Below, piece by piece: positions 16,351-24,000 of a stretch of DNA of 24,000 nucleotides. This DNA comes from Zavarzinia sp. CC-PAN008 (GTDB lineage: Bacteria; Pseudomonadota; Alphaproteobacteria; Zavarziniales; Zavarziniaceae). The translations under genes were made by a program, and so were the position numbers. Every line of letters begins with the position of its first letter. Within the stretch, counting starts at the first letter, position 1. Where the stretch lies: contig NZ_CP173678.1 in NCBI RefSeq assembly GCF_051903925.1, positions 4,364,253 through 4,388,252 of the forward strand, in the 5' to 3' direction. Under the pieces are notes generated by a model. That model was not told where the DNA came from, made no database searches, and saw only the letters and a list, made by a program, of their open reading frames with translations.

Positions 16351-17178
16351 GTGGAGCTGAAGACGATCCGCACGGCGCTGGCCGACAGCGTCCTGACGAT
16401 CACCCTGGCCCGGCCGCACCGCCGCAATGCCTGGACGGGGCGCATGCACACAGAGTATCGCCACGTCCTGGCAGAGGCGGATCGCGATCCAGCGGTCCGC
16501 GTCATCGTCCTGACGGGCGACCCGGCGGGCCAGGCGTTCTGCGCCGGGGCCGATCTCGCCGCCCTCGACGGCCATGCGGAGAAGGGCCGCTATGACCCCG
16601 GCACGACGGCCGAGATTGCGCGGCCCGGCTTTGGCGTGCAGCCCGAATTCGACGCGACCTTCGCCTATCATTTCGGCCTGGCCAAGCCCGTGATCGCCGC
16701 GATCAACGGCGCCTGCGCCGGCGTCGGCCTGGTCCTGGCCGCCTTTGCCGACCTGCGCTTCGCCGTCCCCGGCGCCAAGTTCACGGCGGCCCACGGGCGC
16801 TACAACTTCCCCGCCGAATTCGGCCTGTCCTGGGTCCTGCCCCGCATCGTGGGCCTGACCCATGCCAACGACATCCTGCTCAGCAGCCGCGTCTTCACAA
16901 GCGAGGAGGCGGACCGCATGGGCTTCCTCAACGCCGTCGTCGCCCCCGAATCGCTGATGGACCACGTCCAGGCCTATGCCCGCACAATGGCGGAGAGCGT
17001 CTCTCCCGGTTCGCTGCGCGCGACGAAGCGCCAGGTCTATGCCGACCTCCATCGCGATGCGGCGCACGCCGTTACCGACGCGGAACGCCTGATGGACGAG
17101 ATGATCCGCCATCCCGACTACCGCGAAGGGGTCAAGGCGTGGACCGCCAAGCGCAAGGCCGACTGGTCGGGGACATGA
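16351..17178 (+). CDS. Enoyl-CoA hydratase/isomerase (crotonase) family protein
   Basis: GTG 16351 lies 7 nt after GAGAG. VLTITLARPHRRNAW, VIVLTGDPAGQAFCAGADL, PVIAAINGACAGVGLVLA. The longer ORF from 16024 overlaps the receiver gene and was rejected. Confidence 0.8.
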   Translation: MELKTIRTALADSVLTITLARPHRRNAWTGRMHTEYRHVLAEADRDPAVRVIVLTGDPAGQAFCAGADLAALDGHAEKGRYDPGTTAEIARPGFGVQPEFDATFAYHFGLAKPVIAAINGACAGVGLVLAAFADLRFAVPGAKFTAAHGRYNFPAEFGLSWVLPRIVGLTHANDILLSSRVFTSEEADRMGFLNAVVAPESLMDHVQAYARTMAESVSPGSLRATKRQVYADLHRDAAHAVTDAERLMDEMIRHPDYREGVKAWTAKRKADWSGT

Positions 17179-17237
17179 CCGCAGCGCTGCCTTGCCGCTA
17201 TAAGGCTTGAGGCAGGAATACGAGCACGGGGGACGCG

Positions 17238-18950
17238 TTGAGCCGGGGTGAGCAGCAGCGGACGCAGCCGAAGTCCGACATCGAGATCGCGCGCGCCGCA
17301 CAGCTTGCCCCGATCGAGGCGATCGGCGACCGCCTGGGCGTGCCGGCCGAACACCTGTTCCGCTATGGCCGGGCCAAGGCCAAGGTGGCGCTGGACTGGA
17401 TCGAGACGCTGCCGGAAAAGCCGGACTCAAAGCTGGTCCTGGTCACCGCGATCAGCCCGACGCCGGCGGGCGAAGGCAAGACGACGACGACCGTGGGCCT
17501 GGGCGACGGCCTCAACCGCATCGGCAAGCGGGCGGTGATCTGCCTGCGCGAACCCTCGCTCGGCCCCTGTTTCGGGGTGAAGGGTGGGGCGGCGGGCGGC
17601 GGCTATGCCCAGGTCGTGCCAATGGAGGACATCAACCTCCACTTCACCGGCGACTTCCACGCGATCGGTGCCGCGCACAACCTGCTCTCGGCCCTGGTCG
17701 ACAACCATGTCTATTGGGGCAATGCGGCGGGCCTGGACCCGCGCCGCATCACCTGGCGCCGCGTACTCGACATGAACGACCGCAGCCTGCGCAACGTCAT
17801 CACCGGCCTGGGCGGCCCCGGCAATGGCGTGCCCCGCGAAGCCGGCTTCGACATCACCGTCGCGTCCGAAGTGATGGCGATCTTTTGTCTATCAACCTCG
17901 CTCCAGGACCTTGAGGCGCGGCTCGGCCGCATCGTCGTCGGCCAGAGCCTGGGCAAGGCGGGTGAGCGCCGGCCCATCACCGCGCGCGACGTGCAGGCCG
18001 ACGGCGCCATGGCCGTGCTGCTGCGCGATGCCCTGTCGCCCAACCTGGTCCAGACGCTGGAGAACAATCCGGCCCTGGTCCATGGCGGGCCGTTCGCCAA
18101 CATCGCCCATGGCTGCAACTCGGTCATCGCGACGAAGGCGGCGCTGAAGCTGGGCGACTATGTCGTGACCGAAGCCGGCTTCGGCGCCGACCTGGGCGCC
18201 GAGAAGTTCTTCGACATCAAGTGCCGCAAGGCGGGGCTGAGGCCGGCGGCAGCCGTCGTCGTCGCCACGGTGCGCGCGCTCAAGATGCATGGCGGCGTGG
18301 CCCGCACCGCGCTGTCCGCCGAGAACCTTGAGGCGGTGGAGCGCGGCTTCGCCAACCTGGAGCGCCACATCGCCAATGTGCGGCGCTTCGGCGTGCCCGT
18401 CGTCGTCGCCCTCAACCGCTTCATCGCCGACACGGATGCAGAGGTGGCCCTGGTCCGCCGCCTGGCCGCCGCACAAGGCGTGCCGGCCGTCGCGTGCACC
18501 CACTGGGCCGATGGCGGCGAAGGGACCGAGGCGCTGGCGCACGAGGTGGTCCGCCTGGCCGAAGGCGGCAGCGCCGATTTCCGCCCGCTCTATCCCGACG
18601 ACATGCCCCTGTGGGACAAGGCCCGTACCATCGCCCAGCAGCTCTACGGCGCCGCCGATATCGAGGCGGACGCCAAGACCCGCGCCCAGTTCGCGGAGTT
18701 CCAGGCGCTGGGCTATGGCCGCTTCCCCGTCTGCATGGCCAAGACGCAGTACAGCTTCTCGACCGACCCCGACCTGCGCGGCGCGCCCTCCGGCCACATC
18801 GTGCCCATCCGCGAACTGCGCCTGTCGGCGGGGGCGGAGTTCGTCGTCGCCATCTGCGGCGAGATCATGACGATGCCGGGCCTGCCCCGCGTGCCGGCCG
18901 CCAACACCATCCACATCGGCGCGGGCGGCCGGATCGAAGGACTGTTCTAG
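17238..18950 (+). CDS. fhs: Formate--tetrahydrofolate ligase
   Basis: [11 protein letters not shown]-terminus and P-loop [16 protein letters not shown]; 570 aa. TTG 17238 is the only in-frame start after the upstream stop at 17208. Confidence 0.9.
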   Translation: MSRGEQQRTQPKSDIEIARAAQLAPIEAIGDRLGVPAEHLFRYGRAKAKVALDWIETLPEKPDSKLVLVTAISPTPAGEGKTTTTVGLGDGLNRIGKRAVICLREPSLGPCFGVKGGAAGGGYAQVVPMEDINLHFTGDFHAIGAAHNLLSALVDNHVYWGNAAGLDPRRITWRRVLDMNDRSLRNVITGLGGPGNGVPREAGFDITVASEVMAIFCLSTSLQDLEARLGRIVVGQSLGKAGERRPITARDVQADGAMAVLLRDALSPNLVQTLENNPALVHGGPFANIAHGCNSVIATKAALKLGDYVVTEAGFGADLGAEKFFDIKCRKAGLRPAAAVVVATVRALKMHGGVARTALSAENLEAVERGFANLERHIANVRRFGVPVVVALNRFIADTDAEVALVRRLAAAQGVPAVACTHWADGGEGTEALAHEVVRLAEGGSADFRPLYPDDMPLWDKARTIAQQLYGAADIEADAKTRAQFAEFQALGYGRFPVCMAKTQYSFSTDPDLRGAPSGHIVPIRELRLSAGAEFVVAICGEIMTMPGLPRVPAANTIHIGAGGRIEGLF

Positions 18951-20341
18951 ACCGCCTTCACACTGCCCCGCGCCAGGCTCAGCACCAGGGCGATGGAGGC
19001 GAGCGCACAGGCCAGCCAGAGCGACAGGACGGGCCCGTTGGTGACGCCCGCCCCCAGGCACAGGGCGGCGAGCGCCGAGCCCGCCATCAGGCCGAACTGG
19101 CGCGCCGTGCCCTGCATGCCCCCGGCCCCGCCGGCCCGGGCGGGCGGTGCGGCCAGCAGCATCGTGCGGTTGTTGGGGGTCTGGAACAGGCCGAAACCGA
19201 TCCCCAGCAGGATCATGCAGCCGATCACATGCGCGTTGCCGGCATCGCCCGGCAGCAGGCTGAGCAGCGCCGTGGCGCTGGCAAACAGGGCGGCGCCCAC
19301 GACGCAGGAGCGCTGTCCCGCCCCCCGGTCGGCCAGCCAGCCGGCCAGCGGCGCCATCGCCGCCGTGGTCAGGGCGGCCGGGATCATCAGAAGCCCCGTC
19401 TCCACCTGGCTGCGCCCCAGCGCATGCTGGAACAGGAAGGGCAGCGCCACATAGGTCGACAGCTGCGCCGCGAACAGGGCCGAGGATGCCGACACCGCCA
19501 GGGCCACGACCGGCAGGCGCAACAGGTCGACCGGCAGCAGCGGCGACGGCTTGGGCAGTTCGCGCCGCACCAGGACCAGGCCGAATGCCCCCGCACTCGC
19601 GACACCCGCCAGCGCCAGCAGCGGCTGAGTCGCCAGATGGTCCAGCATGACGATCAGGCTGCCGAACATGGCCGCACTCAAGCCCGCACTGGTCCAGTCG
19701 AAGGGCCGCCGGCTGCGCGGTATCCCCGGCAGCGCGCGCGCGCCGATCGCCAGCGCCAGCAGCCCGATCGGCAGGTTCATCAGGAACATCCAGTGCCAGT
19801 CGGCAACGCTCAGCACCAGGGAGCCGAGCGGCGGCCCCAGCACGCCCGAGAACGACGCGGTAAAGGCATTGGCCGCGATCCCCCGCCCGATCATCGCCCG
19901 CGGATAGGTGAAGCGCAGCAGGGCCGCGATCACCGCGAACACCGCCGCCGCCCCCACCCCTTGCGCCGCCCTGGCCAGGACCAGCGTCGTCAGCGTCTGC
20001 GACAGTGCGCAGGCGAGCGAGGAGGCCAGGAACAGGCTGAGGCCGGAGAGGAACACCCGGCGAAAGCCGACGATCTCGCCCAGGGCCGAGAACGGCAGCA
20101 GGCAGATCAGGATGGCGATCTGGTACGAGGTGACGATCCACACCGTCGCATCCGGCGCGACGCCCAGGTCCACCGACAGGCGCGGCAGGGCGACATTGAC
20201 GATGGAGCCGTCGACGACGGCCATCGTGATCGCCAGCAGGACGGACGCGACCGCCCAATAGCGCCGGGGTGAGGGCAGGCCATCCCGCTCCAGCCCCGCC
20301 CCCGCCTTGTCCGAATCCACGCGTTCCGCCATCGGCCGCAT
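18947..20341 (-). CDS. MFS transporter, drug:H+ antiporter (EmrB/QacA-like) type
   Basis: [35 protein letters not shown], many TM segments. ATG 20341 (ATG 20332 is an alternative). Confidence 0.8.
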   Translation of the reverse strand: MRPMAERVDSDKAGAGLERDGLPSPRRYWAVASVLLAITMAVVDGSIVNVALPRLSVDLGVAPDATVWIVTSYQIAILICLLPFSALGEIVGFRRVFLSGLSLFLASSLACALSQTLTTLVLARAAQGVGAAAVFAVIAALLRFTYPRAMIGRGIAANAFTASFSGVLGPPLGSLVLSVADWHWMFLMNLPIGLLALAIGARALPGIPRSRRPFDWTSAGLSAAMFGSLIVMLDHLATQPLLALAGVASAGAFGLVLVRRELPKPSPLLPVDLLRLPVVALAVSASSALFAAQLSTYVALPFLFQHALGRSQVETGLLMIPAALTTAAMAPLAGWLADRGAGQRSCVVGAALFASATALLSLLPGDAGNAHVIGCMILLGIGFGLFQTPNNRTMLLAAPPARAGGAGGMQGTARQFGLMAGSALAALCLGAGVTNGPVLSLWLACALASIALVLSLARGSVKAV

Positions 20342-20410
20342 TCATGACAAGACCGGCGGTCCCTGGCGAGTGCCCTTTTGCTGGCACGCCCGCCGCATTA
20401 TGGTCCGCCC

Positions 20411-21646
20411 ATGATCGACATCATCGTGATCGGTGCCGGGGCCGCGGGCCTGGCGGCGGGGGAAGCTGCGCTGGCGGCCGGGCTCGACACGCTCGTGATC
20501 GAGGCGGGCAACCGTGTCGGCGGCCGCGCCTATACCGAGTGGGAAAGCTTCGGCACCGCCTTCGACCATGGCTGCCAATGGCTGCATTCGGCCTCGATCA
20601 ACCCGTTCCGGGCGATCGCCGACCGCCTGGGCATGCGCTATCGCACGGCGCAGCGCAATCGCCGCTTCTTCGGCGGCGGCCGCTGGCTCTCCGACGCGGA
20701 GGCGCAAGCCGTCCAGGACGGGATCGAGGCGTTGTACGAGGCGGTCTACGCTGCGGGCCGGGCGGGCCGGGACGTAGCCGTAGCCGAGGTGATCGCCGGC
20801 CACCCCCAGGCCGACCCCTTCCGCCAGCTCTATACCGCGATCATGGCGGCCGAGCCCGACAGGGTGTCCGTCATGGACACTTTCAACTATCGCGAGACGA
20901 ACGAGAACTGGCCGGTCGAGGATGGCCTGGGGGCGCTGGTCGCACGGGCATCCGCCCATGTGCCGGTCCGCTTCGCCTGCCCCGCAACCGTGATCGACTG
21001 GTCGGGCCCGGGGGTTGCGGTCGAGACGCCACAGGGGCGCATCCAGGCGCGCGCCGCCATCCTCACCGTCTCGACCGGCGTGCTGGCCTCAGGCGCCATC
21101 CGCTTCGCCCCCGGCCTGCCCACGGCGCAGGGCGAGGCCATCGCCGCCCTGCCGCTGGGCCATTCGTGCAAGATCGCCGCCAGCTTCCGCCGCGATCCGT
21201 TCGGGGACAAGCCGCCGCACTTCCTGGGCCTGCTCGACCGGGGGCCCGCCGGTTTCGGGCTCCAGGTCCACCCGTTCGACCGGCCCATGGTCACCGCCTA
21301 TGTCAGCGGCACCCTGGCCCAGGAGTTGGAAGCCGCAGGCCCCGCCGCCATGCACGCCTTCCTGGACGAGCAGATCGCCCATGCCTTTGGCGCCGACCTG
21401 CTGCGCGAGATCGACCGGCGCAAGACGACGGACTGGAGCAGCAACCCCCTGGTCCGCGGCGCCTATTCGGTCCAGCGCCCGGGCAGCGGCAGCCCCCGCG
21501 CAACCCTGGGCCAGCCCATTGCCGAGCGCCTGGTCCTGGCAGGCGAAGCCGCCAGCGTGGACGCCTTCTCCACCGTCCACGGCGCCCGCCTCTCCGGCCA
21601 GGCGGCGTTTGCGGCACTGCTCCCCACCCTCGCCAAGGCGGCCTGA
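20411..21646 (+). CDS. Flavin-containing amine oxidase family protein (FAD-dependent)
   Basis: N-terminal dinucleotide fold MIDIIVIGAGAAGLAAGEAALAAGLDTLVIEAGNRVGGRA and C-terminal LVLAGEAAS...HGARLSG. ATG 20411 preferred over TTG 20378. Confidence 0.75.
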   Translation: MIDIIVIGAGAAGLAAGEAALAAGLDTLVIEAGNRVGGRAYTEWESFGTAFDHGCQWLHSASINPFRAIADRLGMRYRTAQRNRRFFGGGRWLSDAEAQAVQDGIEALYEAVYAAGRAGRDVAVAEVIAGHPQADPFRQLYTAIMAAEPDRVSVMDTFNYRETNENWPVEDGLGALVARASAHVPVRFACPATVIDWSGPGVAVETPQGRIQARAAILTVSTGVLASGAIRFAPGLPTAQGEAIAALPLGHSCKIAASFRRDPFGDKPPHFLGLLDRGPAGFGLQVHPFDRPMVTAYVSGTLAQELEAAGPAAMHAFLDEQIAHAFGADLLREIDRRKTTDWSSNPLVRGAYSVQRPGSGSPRATLGQPIAERLVLAGEAASVDAFSTVHGARLSGQAAFAALLPTLAKAA

Positions 21647-21662
21647 GGCGCGCGTTGCACCT

Positions 21663-21776
21663 GATGCTTCGAGGCTCGCTCCGCTCGCACCTCAGCATGA
21701 CGCCGTTGGATAAAACGCAATAATCCCAACGGCGTCATGCTGAGGAGCGGGCCACCGGCCCGCGTCTCGAAGCATC
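21663..21776. repeat. 114-bp imperfect palindromic intergenic element (REP/MITE-like)
   Basis: Perfect 20-bp inverted repeat CCTCAGCATGACGCCGTTGG (21690-21709) / CCAACGGCGTCATGCTGAGG (21726-21745) around an AT-rich 16-nt loop. Outer 11-bp arms GATGCTTCGAG (21663-21673) / CTCGAAGCATC (21766-21776). Confidence 0.7.
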
Positions 21777-21875
21777 TGTCACGCGGGTGACGCTGAGGAT
21801 GACCCTCCCCCGTTGTCGTTCGCCCGACCGGTCGGCAGAATGACGGCATAACGAGACACGAAGGGATGCGACGCC

Positions 21876-23060
21876 ATGAAGTTCGGGCTGTTCTACGAAC
21901 ACCAGCTGCCGAAGCCCTGGGACGAGGGCTCGGAGCTCAAGATCATCCAGGACTCGCTGGACCAGGTCGAACTGGCCGACAAGCTGGGCATCGACTACGT
22001 GTGGGAGGTGGAGCACCACTTCCTGGAGGAATATTCCCACTCCTCCGCGCCCGAGGTGTTCCTGGCAGCATGCAGCCAGCGGACCAAGAACATCCGGCTG
22101 GGCCACGGCATCATCCAGCTGACCACCAACCACCCGGCCCGCGTGGCGGAGCGCGTCTCGACCCTCGACCTGGTGTCGAAGGGCCGGGTCGAGCTGGGCC
22201 TGGGCGAAGGCTCGTCCGTGACAGAGCTGCACCCCTTCGACCGCCGCTTCCGCGACAAGCGCGCGATCTGGGAAGACGCCGTGAAGTGCGTCCTGCCCAT
22301 GTTCTACAAGGAGGGGTGGGAGTACGAGGGGGAATGGTTCAAGTTCCCCATGCGCAACGTCCTGCCGAAGCCGATGCAGCGCCCGCATCCGCCGCTCTGG
22401 GTCGCCTGCTCGCAGCTTGAGACGATCGTGATGGCGGGCACACGCGGCATGGGCGCGCTCGGCTTCCAGTTCGTGAGCCCGGAGGCGGCGCGCGCCTGGG
22501 TCAACGCTTACTACAACGCTTATACCAAGCGCCTGGACAAGCTGACCGACTACCAGACCAATCCCGGCATCGCCATCGTCGCCCCCTTCATGTGCGCCGA
22601 GACGGACGAGGAAGCGCGGGCCAAGGCCGAGGGTTGGACCTTCTTCCAGTTCAGCCTGACCTTCTACAACAAGCAGGGCCCCTTCGTGCCCGGCACGGTC
22701 AACCTGTGGGACGAGTACCAGAAGTGGAAGCAGACGCCCGAGGGCGGCAAGCTGAACTCCACCGGCCTGATCGGCTCTCCCGCCACGATCCGGGACAAGC
22801 TCCGTCAGTTCCAGTCGACCCATGTCGACCAGGTGATCCTGCTGGCCCAGGCTGGCAAGAACGCGCATGAGGATATCTGCGCCGGGCTGGAGCTGTTCGC
22901 GCGCGAGGTGATGCCCGAGTTCCACGCGGACGAGCCCGCCCACCAGGCGTGGAAGGCCAAGGTCCTGGCCGGCGAGATCGAACTCGATGAGATCGACACC
23001 AAGCCCTATGACGTGATCAGCCTCCAGACCCCGACGAACAAGATCAAGGCGGCAGAGTAG
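21876..23060 (+). CDS. LLM-class (luciferase-like) flavin-dependent monooxygenase/oxidoreductase
   Basis: MKFGLFYEHQ...LGIDYVWEVEHHFLEEYSHSSAPEVFLAA...IRLGHGI. ATG lies 9 nt after AAGGGA. Confidence 0.8.
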   Translation: MKFGLFYEHQLPKPWDEGSELKIIQDSLDQVELADKLGIDYVWEVEHHFLEEYSHSSAPEVFLAACSQRTKNIRLGHGIIQLTTNHPARVAERVSTLDLVSKGRVELGLGEGSSVTELHPFDRRFRDKRAIWEDAVKCVLPMFYKEGWEYEGEWFKFPMRNVLPKPMQRPHPPLWVACSQLETIVMAGTRGMGALGFQFVSPEAARAWVNAYYNAYTKRLDKLTDYQTNPGIAIVAPFMCAETDEEARAKAEGWTFFQFSLTFYNKQGPFVPGTVNLWDEYQKWKQTPEGGKLNSTGLIGSPATIRDKLRQFQSTHVDQVILLAQAGKNAHEDICAGLELFAREVMPEFHADEPAHQAWKAKVLAGEIELDEIDTKPYDVISLQTPTNKIKAAE

Positions 23061-23254
23061 GCCGTCCCGGCGCGCCCCGACGGTCGCGTCGGCCGAGTCG
23101 GATCGCATCCAGCCTGCCCTGGGGACGCGCCACCGGTTGGCCCCCCGGGCAGGCTTCCCCCTCGAAGGGGAATGCGGGACCGCCATGCGAGCCGGCATCC
23201 GCGCCTTGCCTCGACAGGGCAGTTTCCAGTTCATCTTCCCGATGGCGGGACTTT

Positions 23255-23325
23255 CAAAGAAAAACCACGCGTCCGGACAGGACGACGTGTGAACCACGTC
23301 ATGACCTGACGCCCTGGTTTCGACG
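23255..23325 (-). ncRNA. Candidate short FNR/FixK-dependent transcript (about 70 nt), hypothetical
   Basis: On the minus strand the FNR box centre sits about 41 nt upstream of position 23322, with a -10-like GAAGTATT at 23336-23329. A hairpin (23291-23266) followed by GTTTTTCTTTG ends the unit. No convincing ORF fits inside. Confidence 0.25.
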
Positions 23326-23356
23326 CTGAATACTTCTCCCGATGGTTGTCGCGGGT

Positions 23357-23370
23357 TTGATCCAGATCAA
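23357..23370. promoter_or_regulatory. Perfect FNR/FixK-type binding site TTGAT-N4-ATCAA
   Basis: TTGATCCAGATCAA at 23357-23370. The symmetry extends to TTTGATC-CA-GATCAAA at 23356-23371. Confidence 0.6.
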
Positions 23371-23689
23371 AGGGGCAGCGGCACTCCGCGGCCCATGCGC
23401 CAGCCTTCCGCCGCGGGGCACCGCCACCGCCACAGGCTGGCGAAGTCGTTGAATTCACTCAGGGTCGGTGGCCGTAGCGGGCCTCCACCAGCGACGGCCC
23501 GCCACAGCTCCCGTCTTGGAACGCGGCGGGCGGCGTGAAACCCAGGCGGGCATTGCCGATTGTTCCAAGCAAAAACTGTTTTAATTCAACGCGTTATTGA
23601 TGCCGACATAAAGGAGTCCTTAACCGATCCAAGCGAAAACACATTGCGCGTGATGTATGCACGCGACGACTCTTAAAGGAGCCGCGGTC

Positions 23690-24000
23690 GTGATACGCGT
23701 CTATGATTGCCTGGTCCGGGATCATGACCTCTGGCTGGTGGCCGCGGCGGCTGTGATCTGCCTGCTGGGCTCGTTCTCGACCTTCAGCCTGATCAACCAC
23801 AGGCACCAGACCGTCGGCCGCGCGCGGCTGCTCTGGCTTGGCGGTGCAGCGATTGCCAGCGGATTTGCCATCTGGGCGACGCACTTCGTCGCCATGCTGT
23901 CGTTCCAGCCGACCAGCCAGACGGCCTATGACACGACGCCCACGCTCGCGTCGCTGGCGGTTGCCATCCTGGTCACGGGTGCGGGCATTGCCCTGTCGGG
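23690..24000 (+). CDS. MHYT-domain membrane sensor protein, N-terminal part; continues beyond the window
   Basis: GTG 23690 lies 8 nt after AAGGAG. My own translation: VIRVYDCLVRDHDLWLVAAAAVICLLGSFSTFSL...GFAIWATHFVAMLSF. This N-terminus and motif are typical of MHYT sensors fused to GGDEF/EAL outputs. The frame stays open to nt 24000. Confidence 0.65.
   Translation, partial: MIRVYDCLVRDHDLWLVAAAAVICLLGSFSTFSLINHRHQTVGRARLLWLGGAAIASGFAIWATHFVAMLSFQPTSQTAYDTTPTLASLAVAILVTGAGIALS

Noticed and set aside
20382-20397. Sigma-54-like promoter TGGCACGCCCGCCGCA (GG-N10-GC spacing) ahead of the amine oxidase gene
   Set aside because: The -12 element is CCGCA rather than TTGCA. The predicted start site would leave essentially no leader before ATG 20411. 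No enhancer-binding protein gene is nearby. A chance match in GC-rich DNA is likely.
23231-23884. Minus-strand ORFs 23231-23458 (75 aa) and 23594-23884 (96 aa) as genes
   Set aside because: There is no SD or family signature. The first spans the FNR box and a terminator-like hairpin. The second is antisense to the well-supported start of the MHYT gene (SD AAGGAG plus a conserved N-terminus).
1-24000. Search for CRISPR arrays, tRNA/rRNA genes, IS elements, integrases, toxin-antitoxin pairs and phage genes
   Set aside because: I saw no regularly spaced direct repeats, no tRNA-like T-loop motifs (GTTCGAATC-type) in the intergenic regions, and no ORF with transposase, integrase or TA-like sequence. 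The window reads as core chromosome rather than a mobile island.

Overview
Very GC-rich chromosomal segment of alphaproteobacterial type. The taxonomic call is an inference from an RcdA/DUF1465 gene, a ROSE-type hsp20 leader and a Cys-less L31. I did not compute GC content. I support 22 protein-coding genes and found no rRNA, tRNA, CRISPR array, transposase, integrase or phage gene. Gene order: nadK (5'-truncated), a small 4-TM membrane protein, potABCD polyamine importer followed by an HDAC-family acetylpolyamine amidohydrolase, then a translationally coupled three-gene MotA/MotB-type module. On the minus strand: cyaY (frataxin), an ABCB-type half-transporter and a paraoxonase-like beta-propeller. 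These are followed by rpmE, an rcdA-like gene (minus strand), a promoter plus ROSE-like thermometer plus hsp20, a single-domain response regulator, an enoyl-CoA hydratase, fhs, an MFS transporter (minus strand), a flavin amine oxidase, a 114-bp palindromic element and an LLM flavin monooxygenase. The window ends with about 630 bp of gene-less, structured DNA carrying a perfect FNR/FixK box, then the N-terminus of an MHYT-domain protein. The best candidate for an undescribed system is the stator-like trio at 6584-10844: a Pro-rich TonB/TolA-like protein with an OmpA-like end, a MotA/ExbB-like channel with a helical tail, and a MotB-like protein with about 310 aa of coiled coil containing five exact 35-residue repeats. 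It has no flagellar, Tol-Pal, TonB-receptor or Zorya effector partners nearby. The many long ORFs antisense to real genes are GC-driven artefacts.
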